From the NCBI RefSeq assembly GCF_002113885.1, contig NW_018406415.1, forward strand, positions 1,645,038 through 1,709,037: 64,000 bases of DNA, written 5' to 3'. The position numbers were made by a program, and so were the translations under genes. The notes beneath the pieces are model-generated. The model was not told the DNA's origin, ran no database searches, and worked only from the letters and a program-made list of their open reading frames with translations. Of the stretch, positions 1 to 13,070 are shown piece by piece. This DNA is from Mizuhopecten yessoensis (Eukaryota). Numbering within the stretch: the first letter of the stretch is position 1; every line of letters begins with the position of its first letter.

Positions 1-802
1 CACAAGTTTTCTGTATTCACATAAAAAATTACATCAAATTTTTAATATCCAACATGGCTGACATAGTTTATTTACAACGGTTTTACTATCCTAAGTTCGT
101 ATTAAATGACTACCACATATCTATTAACTAAATATTTAATTAACAACATGTCACCTTTGAAGGGAAGACCTAAGGAAGGATAATGGGCTATATGTGGTCT
201 ATTACCCTGGTGATTTCTTAATTCCTCAAAGGAGTTACCTCCCCTACACCAATGACATGGATATATGTATTTGTACTGGTTTCCAAATTTTAATTTCATT
301 ATAAATTATATATGTAATACATATATACTGTCAAAATGCATCTCCACATTTATATGGAGAGAACTTAGGCCTAGCCTGTTCTATCCCTTTCATGTATCAT
401 CTTTGAATACAATTTTATGAAATGAAAAGTTTAAGATATATAGGCTAATATTTGTTGTTGATACTAGAAATATCGCATCATATCAAGGCACAAATAAATA
501 ATGTAAGTCCAAAACAAGTAATTTAAAGGACTTCAGCCATGGACAAGTCTGCACTACACTTGTTGCAAATATCCACACATCAAACTAGCAAAAATAAAAG
601 TGTGGTCTCCAAATATTTCAAACACAAATCTTTCATCATTGACCTTTCTACAAATGATTTCAGTTTTAATGCAAAAGAATTTTACTCACATTGGAGACCT
701 AATGCTTTCTCATGATACACCTGGGTTGATGCACTAATTGATCAAATACAAACTTTAATTTATTTAACAACAATTATGAAACAGGTTATTTCAACTTATA
801 TA

Positions 803-1006
803 ATCACTCTTGTCGGCCCGGATGTTAGCGCATGGGGGGTCTTAGTGTGGAAGGAAACCGGAGTACTCGGAGAAAACACACGTGGTTGGGCAGGTGACCC
901 CAACCTTCTCACGTCCGATCAGGGGAAATCGAAACCTGGCCGCCTAGGTGAAAGGCAAGTGCGCTATCCACTGAACCACCTGACCACCCGTGCACCACCC
1001 GACCAC
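803..1006 (-). mobile_element. tRNA-derived SINE with V-domain-like core
   Basis: The minus strand reads a tRNA-like head (A box GTGGTTCAGTGG, B box GGTTTCGATTTCC), then TTTTCTCCGAGTACTCCGGTTTCCTTCCACA, which resembles the V-SINE core. A second copy lies at 63713-63900. Confidence 0.7.
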
Positions 1007-1109
1007 CAGATTTAATGCTATAATCCCCTCCAGTAGTACTGGTGGAGTACAAACAAGGTAAAAGGTTTTATCTGGAAATAATTTTGCACATGCACTCTAA
1101 AATATTTAC

Positions 1110-4100
1110 CGTTTGTGTGTCAAAGATCTGTTTGACGTGTACAATGTTAGTGATATGCCACGTGTATTTTGTGAAGGTTCCCAGCGGGAGAGCATCCTTG
1201 CGTACAAATCCTGTTGTGAAATTTGGAAGTCGTTTCTTTCTGTTTCCTACTGAAATTCTTTGCTGAAGACAGTCAAAGAAGACTTGCGGAGCATGGAACA
1301 CCAAGGGATCTGGGTTCCCTGTAAAAAAGACATCAGGTATATTCATAGCCCAATAATTGAGAGCAAATTAGCAAAATACCTGCACCACATGATTTTAATA
1401 CCTAAAGGTTGTGTATAAGTCCTGTTGTTTAAAATAGACTGAAATTTTATGGGAAACGTCAAAATCGTAATAGGCAAAGATGAAATAATACATTATATTT
1501 ACATTTTTGGTCTGGTTGAGGAATAAACCAAAAACTACATGATCTTAAAAAAACAAAATATGTGAAGCCAAAATAAAGTGAAATAAACTTGTAGAAATGG
1601 CATACCATCAAACTGATAATGCATTGTCTGGTTTACTCTCTCTGTCACACTTCCCAGCCACTGGTAAAATGACACCATCACCTCAGACTCTTCAATAGCA
1701 GACAGTGTTGCTGCAAAAATAGAAAAGAATGTGACCAAACACTGAATTCTCCATATAAATCGTAAATTGACAAATGCATGTCACATATTAAACATGAAAA
1801 GATATATTTCAATACTTTTGACTTGTTTCAAAAAGAAAATTTTGCAACAACACATAACAATAACCCTTCCTTAGTCGAATTTACAACCAGTCCAGCTGTT
1901 TTCAACCGATACCTTCAAATTTGCCTTAGTTATTGATAAATGTACCACACATACGGATTTATCTTGTTCACTTTATGATAAAGCTGCTATTCTGCTATAC
2001 ACTGTAATAAAATCCATTACGATGTCACACGGAAGACGATGGTGTTGTGGTATTTTACATGCATTTCTTTTTAACAAAATGTGTCACTTCAGCAGATATA
2101 TTGATACAGGTGATGAAAAAAATATTTGAAATTTGATCAAACATGAAATGAGATCTTGTTTCAGATTCTCTATAAAAATTTGGTGACAAGCTTTCATTTG
2201 ATAAATGTACCAATTCCATCACTTTTTTTTTCAAACCGGAAAAAACATATGAAACTATCCAGTGTAATTATACAAGGACATTTAAATACATAGAAAGTGT
2301 TTACCTGTACCTGGCTTTTTGGCATTGGGAGTGGCTGGTTTGTTCTGCAGCTGGACAGCTTTGGAAGGACTAGCTTTCTTTGGACTAGGAGGTGCAGGCG
2401 TGTTTCCCTCTTGTAATGTCAACAGGGCATTACTTGCTTGGACTGAAATAACCAAGTGGTTCATTTGAAGGCTCAGTAAGAAATGCAATTTGATAAGTGA
2501 TGAGTTTTGTAATATCAAAAGCCATAAATATGAAAATATTTATACATGGAGCAAATTTGAACAAAGTCACATATTTTGTTCCTTAGTAAGGCATATCATG
2601 TAACAAGTTTTGACCATATAATTTATGTCCTTTAGGGATTCTTTAGGAGTTTAATATTTAAAAAAATAATATATTTGATCTTTTTTCTTTCAGGAAATGG
2701 TCAGCAGATAGGTTACTTAATGGCCAGAGTTTGGTGCTGTAGATTGTGATTTTGTGACATGTTAGATGTCGCATGAAAATACAAGCTTTTCAATAGTTTT
2801 TGATTTTTTTTAAAGATAACTTGTAAAAAAAGGATATTTTGGAGAGATGGAGCCTAAATAAGCCCTGCGTTGCATGCATTAATATTTATTTACACCTGTT
2901 CGCAAAGGTCATTTTGACAAATTTATATATACACATTTATGCTGAAGTACAATGCAGAAATTTCAATAAGACATCCCGGTGAATAAGTACCTAAGTACAC
3001 AGCAATAAATTGCAACAGTCCCTTAATACAATTTCAAGCTATACTGGGTGTCTAGATATCATATTATTGATTGTATTTGTTTTTTAAACTCTCCATGAAT
3101 CTGGTATCTGCCATCTACCTAATGTATCATCTTTCTTCTGTTTCTTCATCACTGGGGCCAGGAGATCCTCCTCTGCCACTACCACCTCTAGCGTGGTCGG
3201 GTCTCCTGTGTCCAGTCCAGTGTCCTGAGCCTGATAGATGGTCACAATCTGACGTTCAGGGGACGGGGCAGACTCTGTAACTGTTCAAAATATTAATACT
3301 TTTATGACTATTGAACACAACAATTATGTCTACTAAACTATAACCAGAAAATTCAATGTTCTCACTAAAAGCTGAATGTCGGCAAAAGAAGCATGCTATT
3401 CGTCACTTTGAACAAGCTATTTTTTCAGAATACATATATATATTTAGACCTTGTACTTGTACCTAATTTATATGATATACATATAATGTTCCCCACGCCG
3501 TGCCTCTAAATATTCATAGGAAACTTACATATCCAAGTATATGTTAAGGGTTGGAACTCTGCATATAGAGCTGGCATGAAACCTGACTTCAGTAGATAAC
3601 ACTTATCTTTCCAAAGATACATGAATATATAGCAAGTTTGACAAACTTAGGTGGAATAGTAACAGTTATTGATCAGACAAAATAATGTTAATCCCCAGTC
3701 TGAGTGACTATACCATGATAATCATATGTAACATTTTAATTTATAACATCCTGAAAAATACAAGTTTATATAAAGGATATTGCAATTTTTAGGAAAACGT
3801 AGATAATGATGTGTTGATAAAAAATGGTAATACATACAAGTATCAACTCCTGTGGAGTCCATGTTGATGTAATACTCAAATTCTTCAGCAAGCTTCTCAT
3901 CACTAGCAAATGCACACACACAAGCATACAGATGGACACATCGTCGTAGTATATCATCTTTTCCACCAGCTTTGGCATTCTGAAGTAAAAATACAATGTT
4001 GTTATCTTTAGCTGCATGTAAAGTACGCTATAGTACACTCGACACTTTATATACAATTGTAAAAAGCTAACTTTTCATGTATATATCGGCTCGGCATGTG

Positions 4101-5069
4101 GGTAGTACATATACATGTATCTAATAGTACACCCCTGCGTTTTGTATCCACAATTATTTTTTTAACTTTTGGTAGAGCTTACAGAACCCAACAAGATTGA
4201 ATTTTGAGTTGTATCAAAACTCAATGAGTCAAATTTTTATTTCATTCATTCATTTAGAAACTTAATCTTGAAAGTTTAAGAAAAAAAATAAAAATTGAAA
4301 TACTAAGTATATATATACAAATTATTTTTATTAATAACTTAACTGTTGAATAATTTTCCCATTGAAAGTAACCACTTACTCTAAAAGCTTTGCAGCTACA
4401 TTGGAATTTGTGTTCTGGCTGGGAACGATTTCTTGAAGTTTCAAATAATGAAAAGTGTAAGAATCCAAGGGGCTGTTTTGTACTTGCTTTACATTTCACA
4501 ACCATAATATTCTTGGTCACTCTCTGTACAAGAGGGCCAGTTGTCTCTGTGGCCAGAAGCCAGATGGCTTGTTTGGTATCATTTGACACTTGTAGAGAGT
4601 TCAATACAGAATTTTTGAGTGTCAGGGGATGAGCCTCCTGGTTGCAGTCAATGGCAGCCTTTATATGGGGACATGCATCCTCTTGAGTGCTCAATGGACT
4701 GCTGTGGGAGCAACTTTCAACAAAGCATCTTGCATTCTGAGACAAAATTGTCGGATCAACCACTTGGGCTGGATTTCCATCAAGGTCTTGAACCAAAGGT
4801 AATTGAACAAAGCCTCTGTAATCTGGACCACGATCTCGCAGTCTAACTGAGAAAACTTGAACAGTGGACCCAGTGATAATCTTCACGGCATCAGCACTAT
4901 GGCCTCTCTTTTTCTCTTTTTCCTTGAAGACAACATCACACGTTTTGTTCTTACAGCTGATGCCTCTGGTTCCATTGTAAGTCCCACATTTAGGACATTT
5001 TCTAACACCTCGCAAAGTTGGCTTGCCAAGATCTTCGAACAAAGTTTTCAATTTGTCTGGTGTTGTCAT
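1110..5069 (-). CDS. C2orf42: C2orf42 homologue (uncharacterised zinc-finger protein); multi-exon, 3' end outside window
   Basis: Exons with GT-AG sites and consistent phases: 5069-4380, 3979-3838, 3280-3119, 2442-2305, 1710-1606, 1318-1110 (482 codons). Diagnostic segments: [129 protein letters not shown]. Confidence 0.92.
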
Positions 5070-6400
5070 TCTGCAGTAAAAAGAAAAACAATTGCAATTT
5101 TATTATTTCAGTTATAATATAAATATGAAACACCATGTATTCACACGTACATGGTTCCACACAGTATAGCTAAAGTTCTTCTAAATCTGACAGTCAATTT
5201 TCTGGTAACAATTGTTCCTGCACCATAAAACAGTATGTTTTTAATAATTAACCTGTCATATATCATTTTTATTAATAATAATTTATACCCGAGGACAAAG
5301 CAATCTGCGATGAATTAGATTTAGGATGAAACAACCTGTTTACATTACATAAATATATGTAATTCGAATTGAATTTTGGGCAAATTAAAACGACCTGGAT
5401 TCCAGAATACAGTTGCTTTCCGTAATGTAGCCCGCGTTTACCCTTGCCCCGACACCAGACTTAGATATTTTGACAGATAGATGTCTGGTGTTGGACCAGA
5501 GGAAACTCGGGCTAACCATAATGCATTTACATGACAATCACATGAATAGGCCGACTCTCAGATAATTTCTGGTTAAACATATATGAGAATGGTTATACTA
5601 AAAGCACAAGTCATGCTGAAGTTAAAACTCGTGGTGGTTTTTATTCCCGTAACCAGAACGACTGGTAACGCCCAAAACCCGGTTGTGTTGTTATGAATGT
5701 GGCCTCAAATGTAGGCGATTGACTACGCATATTTTGGTCTGGAATAAATTATTGGGTATACCTTAGTCTATTGAATGCACAGACAATGTACTGTATTGTT
5801 CCTCTTCTTTGATTCTGTTACAATCGTATTCCACTACACAAAGGTAAGAAAGCAAACTACAATTGTTCAATATCGGCCTATATTGCTGTCTGCTGCTCGC
5901 TAGCTTTCCGCCATGATACCTGTCTCCTCTAAAGGCGGTCAAGACGAAGCACGTCATTGGTTGAGTGATGACACATGATCTGTGGGAACTTTTGATTGGT
6001 GAATACCTAAGAAGGAGGTCAATCTTTTAGTTCCGGGTTAAGCTCTTACCGGGGAAAACTTTTTTAATTTCTTGGTCGTCTTAACTTTTTTCCATGAAAT
6101 TAATTATATCGATAAGCTAATATATTTTGTGAAAAATGTTCCAAATTTAAATTATGATACTTTGGCATATAGTAAAACATCAATACAAATAAATCTACGC
6201 AGAAACCCTTTTTTGGTGGAGTGGGAGGGGGTACGGGGACGGTGGGAGGGACTGTTATTTTTAGTATCATTTATAGATCTAGTACTGTTTACTTTTACTT
6301 ATGGGCGGGCATGGATGGGATGTGATGTTACTTTTAGTTCAGGTCTGAATACAAATACCTTCTAAGCGGAACCAGATAAGTCGACACAACGTCACAAGAA

Positions 6401-6646
6401 TGTTACAGCTGTACATTTGGACCTAAACGAAGGTGTTCAGAGTAATTTTACATGTTTTAGGGGTGTATATCGAGTTTCGGTAAAAATGGCATCCCCAATG
6501 ATCATTATATTTACCGTGTATATAATCACGGACTTAGATAGACTAATCTAATTTCGTGATATAATCATTGGGGTGTCATTTTACCGAAAGTCGATCTAAA
6601 CCCCTAAAACATGTAAAATTACTCTGGTCCAAATACAGTTGTAACA
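6401..6646. mobile_element. Palindromic MITE / foldback element
   Basis: Long imperfect inverted arms: TGTTACAGCTGTA..CAGAGTAATTTTACATGTTTTAGGGGT versus ACCCCTAAAACATGTAAAATTACTCTG..TACAGTTGTAACA. Confidence 0.65.
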
Positions 6647-6900
6647 AATGCTCGGGTCCCTGTACGTGCTTAGATAGTCTAGCAATGAGGAAATATCGAT
6701 TCTGAAATAAGTGGTGAATGAATGCAACAAATCTTAAAGCTGTAGCAGTCTTATATAGAATTTTTTTTTTAAAAAAATGGGCCGAACTTGCTTCCTATAC
6801 ATCTACGGGCTATGGTCCGCAATTAAAAAAAATCGGGTCTAGAAGTAAAAACAAACAAAAAACGATCGGGCCTAACGTCACGCTACCACAATTGGTACAC

Positions 6901-7311
6901 TACCCAAATTGGTACACGGTCAGAAAATTGTTCGAATAGTACTTTAAAATTAAATTTGAGCATTTTCCATTAACAGTATAACAAAATAGACATTTAACAG
7001 CATTTCTGCCGAATAGTTTTGTTTTCAGGAACATTTTAAGAGTACACGATGACTTCAAAGTAAACATATCGGAAAACCAGTAAAAACGACGTACGTCGAC
7101 GAAACTTTGGAGGATTTTCAAGGGGTTAAATATAAGCATGTTTAAATGTTGATTTCTGGTCCTTATATTCGGATAATATAAAAGTGAATATATACAATTA
7201 TAGTTCAGTGTGGTATCTATAAAAGCAATATATTTTGTTGTAATCGGCACATCAACTTGTAGAAATATAAACAATTTCCATAGCCTGTGATATGGTGTAC
7301 CAATTTGGGTA
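6901..7311. mobile_element. MITE with 17-bp terminal inverted repeats
   Basis: TACCCAAATTGGTACAC (6901-6917) and its exact reverse complement GTGTACCAATTTGGGTA (7295-7311). Confidence 0.55.
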
Positions 7312-7414
7312 TTATTTACGGCCGAAAAACGGACGAAATCTCACTCCGAGTTTAGCGATCTATTTTCAAAAATAAATTACTTAGATATAAATCTTTTCCT
7401 GAAAATGAACCACC

Positions 7415-8113
7415 NNNNNNNNNNNNNNNNNNNNNNNNNNNNNNNNNNNNNNNNNNNNNNNNNNNNNNNNNNNNNNNNNNNNNNNNNNNNNNNNNNNNNN
7501 NNNNNNNNNNNNNNNNNNNNNNNNNNNNNNNNNNNNNNNNNNNNNNNNNNNNNNNNNNNNNNNNNNNNNNNNNNNNNNNNNNNNNNNNNNNNNNNNNNNN
7601 NNNNNNNNNNNNNNNNNNNNNNNNNNNNNNNNNNNNNNNNNNNNNNNNNNNNNNNNNNNNNNNNNNNNNNNNNNNNNNNNNNNNNNNNNNNNNNNNNNNN
7701 NNNNNNNNNNNNNNNNNNNNNNNNNNNNNNNNNNNNNNNNNNNNNNNNNNNNNNNNNNNNNNNNNNNNNNNNNNNNNNNNNNNNNNNNNNNNNNNNNNNN
7801 NNNNNNNNNNNNNNNNNNNNNNNNNNNNNNNNNNNNNNNNNNNNNNNNNNNNNNNNNNNNNNNNNNNNNNNNNNNNNNNNNNNNNNNNNNNNNNNNNNNN
7901 NNNNNNNNNNNNNNNNNNNNNNNNNNNNNNNNNNNNNNNNNNNNNNNNNNNNNNNNNNNNNNNNNNNNNNNNNNNNNNNNNNNNNNNNNNNNNNNNNNNN
8001 NNNNNNNNNNNNNNNNNNNNNNNNNNNNNNNNNNNNNNNNNNNNNNNNNNNNNNNNNNNNNNNNNNNNNNNNNNNNNNNNNNNNNNNNNNNNNNNNNNNN
8101 NNNNNNNNNNNNN
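7415..8113. other. Assembly gap (N run)
   Basis: Uninterrupted Ns. Confidence 1.
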
Positions 8114-8524
8114 AAACAGTAGCCATAAACCCAACACATATACTCACACCGGTCGACCTTCGAACCAGACATGCACATCCTCACGCATCCAAACACATAT
8201 CTGCTACAAAGGACACCTACAAATAATCATTCTTTCCACACACAATAACACAATGGAATCTCCTACCTTATGCAGCAGTACAATGCACAACACTAGAGGA
8301 CTTCAAGGCATACTTACCCTATGCAGCCCTTGAAGCCCTCATCACACTCTAAAACATACTCCAGGTTTTTTTGTGTCTTTTATCTATACCTTGCACACAA
8401 AATCACAAAAGAAAACCCCCAACTAATCACTGTAAATAACCCCTTTTTCACACCTCAGCAATAGGATCCCCGAGGACATAAACGTCACAATTGACGGAGC
8501 CTCCGTAATTTAAAGAAGAAGAAA
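8114..8524 (+). mobile_element. 3' end of a degenerate CR1/L2-group LINE
   Basis: Translates TVAINPTHILTPVDLRTRHAH...KDTYK*SFFPHTITQWNLLP...LEDFK, the typical ORF2 C-terminus (YKxSFFPRTIxxWNxLP). A 3' UTR and an (AAG)n tail at about 8513-8524 follow. The 5' part is hidden in the gap. Confidence 0.75.
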
Positions 8525-11500
8525 GAATATTAGTCTTACGTATACGTACGCTCAACCGATCGCGCTAAAGAGAGGTCTCTCTAGCCGAGCGATAGATGGC
8601 GGCTAGTATTTACCAGGGTTAAAAACATATGGTCGATCGTTTTGGAGAAGTGTCTTTCACTTCATCGCTATAATTTTTATGATAATAGAAGATCTTCCCC
8701 ACACGGACCTATATTATTATTTAAATTAACAAAATTGCTAATAGGAGGCTTGAACACATGATTACGCGAATTTCAATGAATATAGAAGATTGAGAGGAGA
8801 TGTCGTACAAATCTATAAACGTTCATTCTCACTTATCATGCGCCAATACATACACAGTAAAAGTGGAAAATGACATTGCGAACATTTCGGTTTTTTCTCA
8901 AAAGAGTAACAGGTGTAGGACTATTCACCAGATTTGAAAACAGAAGTGCCCATTCCCAACAGGTCATTGTCAGTAAAACAGATACGTGATCAAGTACTTC
9001 TTCAAAACAAAATTATTTCTTCTTCAAATTTTCCATATTCGCAAATCCAAGATAGACATACAAACAGACATTTTTCTGCAACAAATGCTGACACGTTTTT
9101 CTGATCGTATATGGAAATAGGCATTTGGTCTCGAACGGAAATCATTCAAAACCAATGTATTCAAAAACAATATTTGTTTCATTTTTTGAACTTTAAACTT
9201 TTGAACACTTTTCATGGGATCAGATTTAGAAAATATTTTTTTTTCATCGACTAATGCATATCTACAGTACAAAACATTCGTTCTTCAGCAACACAACAAA
9301 GATACTACCTCGCCTTATCGCTTTAAAGTTGAGAAACATATTGTAACGTATATATGTTACCTTGCCAGCCAGAGATACAAATCAAATTTTACAGTATCTT
9401 CAATCGAAATGGTATGTTATTTGTACTTGTTTTGATTAACTACTATTAATTTGATCTATATGTTAGAAGTATGGTATGTTGCATTAAAACAGGGATATCA
9501 TTTGTTCTTGTATCTGTTCACACAATTGGAACAAGTAACTTTATAACAAACTTTTATATTGAAAACAACTTAACAAAAGCTCCAGACGTAATTAAACATC
9601 AAGGCGGATTTAACTTATACTGCCAAAAGTTTGTCCGCTAGCGTGCATGTCACTTTTTTCAATCCAATCGTTACTCCTATTTAAAACGTAAACAGATACG
9701 TTACCATTCCAACAGATACGTTACTCATTATATTGGTCAAGTGTTACACTCATGCTACTTAACAGTATCACTAAAACAAACTCTAAATCGATGTAATGAT
9801 CACTTGTGATCAAATATATGCACCTTTCTTAAATGTTCACGTAACCAAGTCGATTTTATATGGAAAAAATAATGCACCAAAACAGAAACGTGACCAAAGT
9901 GAACATTTTCCAAGTGATGTGATCCCTTATCCTCACATATACCATACATTTCTTACATAGCTTTTCACTAATTTATCCATGAAAATCCGTTTATATAGTA
10001 GCTAAATGTATTTGAACATCTACAATAACGTACACAAATTAACCATTATTATATATGCATTCAAGTCTTTGGATTTCCTAAGATTTGAAGATATTCCTCA
10101 GCTGATGCAAGTACAGTTTGTAAAAGGTCTGATTACATTGTTCCCATCAAAATCCCAAAATTGTCCCTTCCGCCACCTGTAATATTGCCTACATAAAGCC
10201 TGTGAAAATTCAAGTACGGTTTCAAAGGCATTGCCAATTAGTGCAGCGAAGCAATTTTTTCCTTCTTTTATCAAACAAAAATGAGATAAATTGTGGACCA
10301 AGTGCCCTTACAATAATTAACAATGAAACCATACATGTACGTTGTACTTTGAAAATGCATTTCGAGTTGTAGAGAGGAACAGAAATTTAGAAGCTATGTG
10401 TTTGAATTTTAGGGTGTTTTTGAAAACATTTGTCTAAATTTCGAGGTCATGATCTGTAGTATTTTATTATTTTATCATATTAAAATATGATTTCTATATA
10501 AAAGTTGTTGAAAATGTTTTTAAATATTCCTAAAGTTTTCCTCATGACTTTTTTGTTATTTCATCATATGAGAATATGGTCTCAAAAATCAAGTATATAA
10601 GAAATTTTAATTGATTCTCTGAAAACAATGATAAAAGTAAGGGCAATATTATGCTTATCGACAAGCGAGGCAGACTTCTTTTGTAATTGTTAATGATTTT
10701 TATTCTGAACACGAAACCGAGCGCAGTGCACCTTTTTACCGTACATGTTGTTCAAAAAGAAAATAGTTATTTTTACGTAAATCGAATTTTCGATGGCTAT
10801 TTGGGGTAGAAAGAATGGTCCGCCGATGGGGACGTATGTAGCCGATTTAAGAGCAAACAACAGTATAGAGAATATTCGAATTCTTGGTTTTCGAGTCATT
10901 TCACGAGTGGGTGAATGGTTTGTTTTTTTCATGCATGAAACAAATGCATTTCATGCATGTACGATCCACGCGAAATAGATGTTACTAATAAGAAGTCAAC
11001 GTACGCTTTCCTTTACAGAGATAAAGGCTTCCATGAACAGAAAAATCAATCCCTGCGAAAGTAATATTGCATTGGGCATCTTTCCGATACTGAAATTTAT
11101 TGTGCCGGGGTTAAATATTTTTTGTCGCATTTTTTTTCTGAAGCAGTAGACTGAAATTGTAGATTTTCAGTTAAAGAATGATTTTAAGACCAGAAATATC
11201 TAAATAAAAAGTATGTATATATCAATATGTGACAGTGTGTATGGAATGGATGCGCAAAGAAATTTTGGCAATATGTGTGTAACAATATCTGAAGAACTAC
11301 ATGTATGAACTTAAAATATTGGAGATTTTGTCTTCATATTTTCCCGCCTTAAAATGTAGGTGCTTGAACCGGCCCGCGGGAACTCTTTTGAATGAAGGCT
11401 GATAAATGTGATGTTGTAAACAACGTGTAGGTTTGAGAATTTATGTGATGTGGAGAGAGAATTAACAGGTGGTATACATGCAATTTTGATGCATTACTTT

Positions 11501-11739
11501 AACAGAGTAAAGCTCCCCGCAAGCACTAAAAGATTCCCAATATAATACATCTATATGGTCTTGTTATCCAACATAGCCGAAACGAACACGGCCGGTTCGA
11601 GCCCCAGCGACGGCAGTCTTTAACACTATTCCTCATCCTACTACAAACGGTGCTGTTGACTCTCCTCATCGAGGTAGGAGAACCCTTGGCGGGGAGTCAA
11701 AGAACCTTGGTTGGTGTTAGAAAAAAAGGGGGGAATAGT

Positions 11740-12148
11740 GATAAGGTAGTTTAATTGGTTAGAGCATTTGTCTAGAGGTTGGAAGCCTCAGGTCCTGGTC
11801 AGTGATGCTGCTAAATTGTCCTCTCCTGTTACAGTGTTGCCTGTGACTGACCCTTATTTCGAGTAGTGTACATGTGTGTATGTTTGGCAAGCTGGATCTA
11901 GCCAGGGACAGTATATACGTTATACGTCCCTGATCTAGCCGAACCTGGGTTGTAAATAGTGTTGTCTTTGAGGGCAAAGACTTTAGAGAAAGGTGGAGGA
12001 ATGTGGTGTACTAGACTGGGTATATGTAAATCATTGGCAATCAGCTAAATATATATAGGTAGATCAATTGATAAAAGCACATCTAGTGTTCGGAGGCCCT
12101 GGTTTCAAATCCTGGTCTGGCAGTGTATTTTTCTTTTCCTGTTTCACA
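11740..12148 (+). mobile_element. Degenerate copy of the tRNA-LTR TRIM
   Basis: Colinear with 34958-35348: LTR1 ends CCTCTCCTGTTACA (11833), then PBS-like GTGTTGCCTGTGAC, internal AACCTGGGTTGTAAATAGT...GGGCAAAGACTT, PPT AGAAAGGTGGAGGAA, and LTR2 from 12002 with B box GGTTTCAAATCC. Confidence 0.7.
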
Positions 12149-12172
12149 TGCAATGCATGCCAGTTGTCTTAT

Positions 12173-12682
12173 CAGGTCGGGGAAAACCACTAACTTGCTT
12201 ATCATATGCAAACTTGCATATATTATACGCCAATAGGGGTATGGATTTGTTACTAAAAATAGCCAAAATCACTTTAATCTTAACTTTTTCTAATTGTTTG
12301 TCCAAGTCGCATTTATTCTTTCATGAAACATAATACAAATGCAAAAATAAACTTTATTTGCATGTGGAAAAGTACCAAAAATTTAATTTAAGATGCAATA
12401 CTTCCGGTAAAGTTACATCAAGTTTCTTAAGTAGCCAACGCTTTCAGTCAACATTTTTTAGCAAAATATTATTTACCTTGTCGTAAATTAATGCGATTTT
12501 GAATAATATCTTGCAAAAGCTACTGTANTACCTTGTCGTAAATTAATGCGATTTTCAATAATATCTTGCAAAAGCTACTGTAAAAGCGATTTGGGTTACT
12601 TTTAGTAACAAATCCATACTCCAACTTGCCTATAATAGGCTAGTTTGCATATATATGCAAGTTGGTGGTTTTCCCCAACCTG
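12173..12682. mobile_element. MITE with long CAGG-starting inverted termini (hAT-like)
   Basis: CAGGTCGGGGAAAACCAC..AACTTGC..TATGGATTTGTTACTAAAA versus TTTTAGTAACAAATCCATA..GCAAGTTGGTGGTTTTCCCCAACCTG. No clean TSD seen. Confidence 0.65.
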
Positions 12683-13070
12683 CTTATAGGACTGATAAGA
12701 AGTGAAGTTAGCCAATGCAAGCAGAAAGGTGAATAAGTGACTCACTAACTCTGTATGAAAATGTAAAATGAAAGTAAAGCTTGACCTTAGCCATTCTGGT
12801 GGTATATATAGACATACAGATATATATTATACACAACATTCAACTAAACAGTTGCAAAATTTAAAGGAGGGTCTTTTCATAATAAAAAAATCTTCCCTTG
12901 TTAGGATAATACAAAAATCACAACTTCCACATTTAATATCAATAAAGCTTGTGTCATCATGTAATTCATATCAGGAATTTGTTTTTGATTTCATGTCATA
13001 ACTTGGTATTTCAAAAAAAGCAATAACCTCAATTTATCTTGTTTAGATCTGAAGGTGATATTAACCAGAT

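Noticed and set aside
7352-8226. Four long ORFs of 256-273 aa
   Set aside because: They consist of X residues from the N gap. Only the LINE-derived tail after 8113 is meaningful.
8530-11350. Possible large DNA transposon with AACAGATACGT subterminal motifs and the ORF at 10098-10301
   Set aside because: I could not define termini, a TSD or a recognisable protein motif.
12475-12582. 54-bp direct duplication
   Set aside because: The copies are separated by a single N (12528) and differ by one base, typical of an unmerged contig or haplotype overlap.
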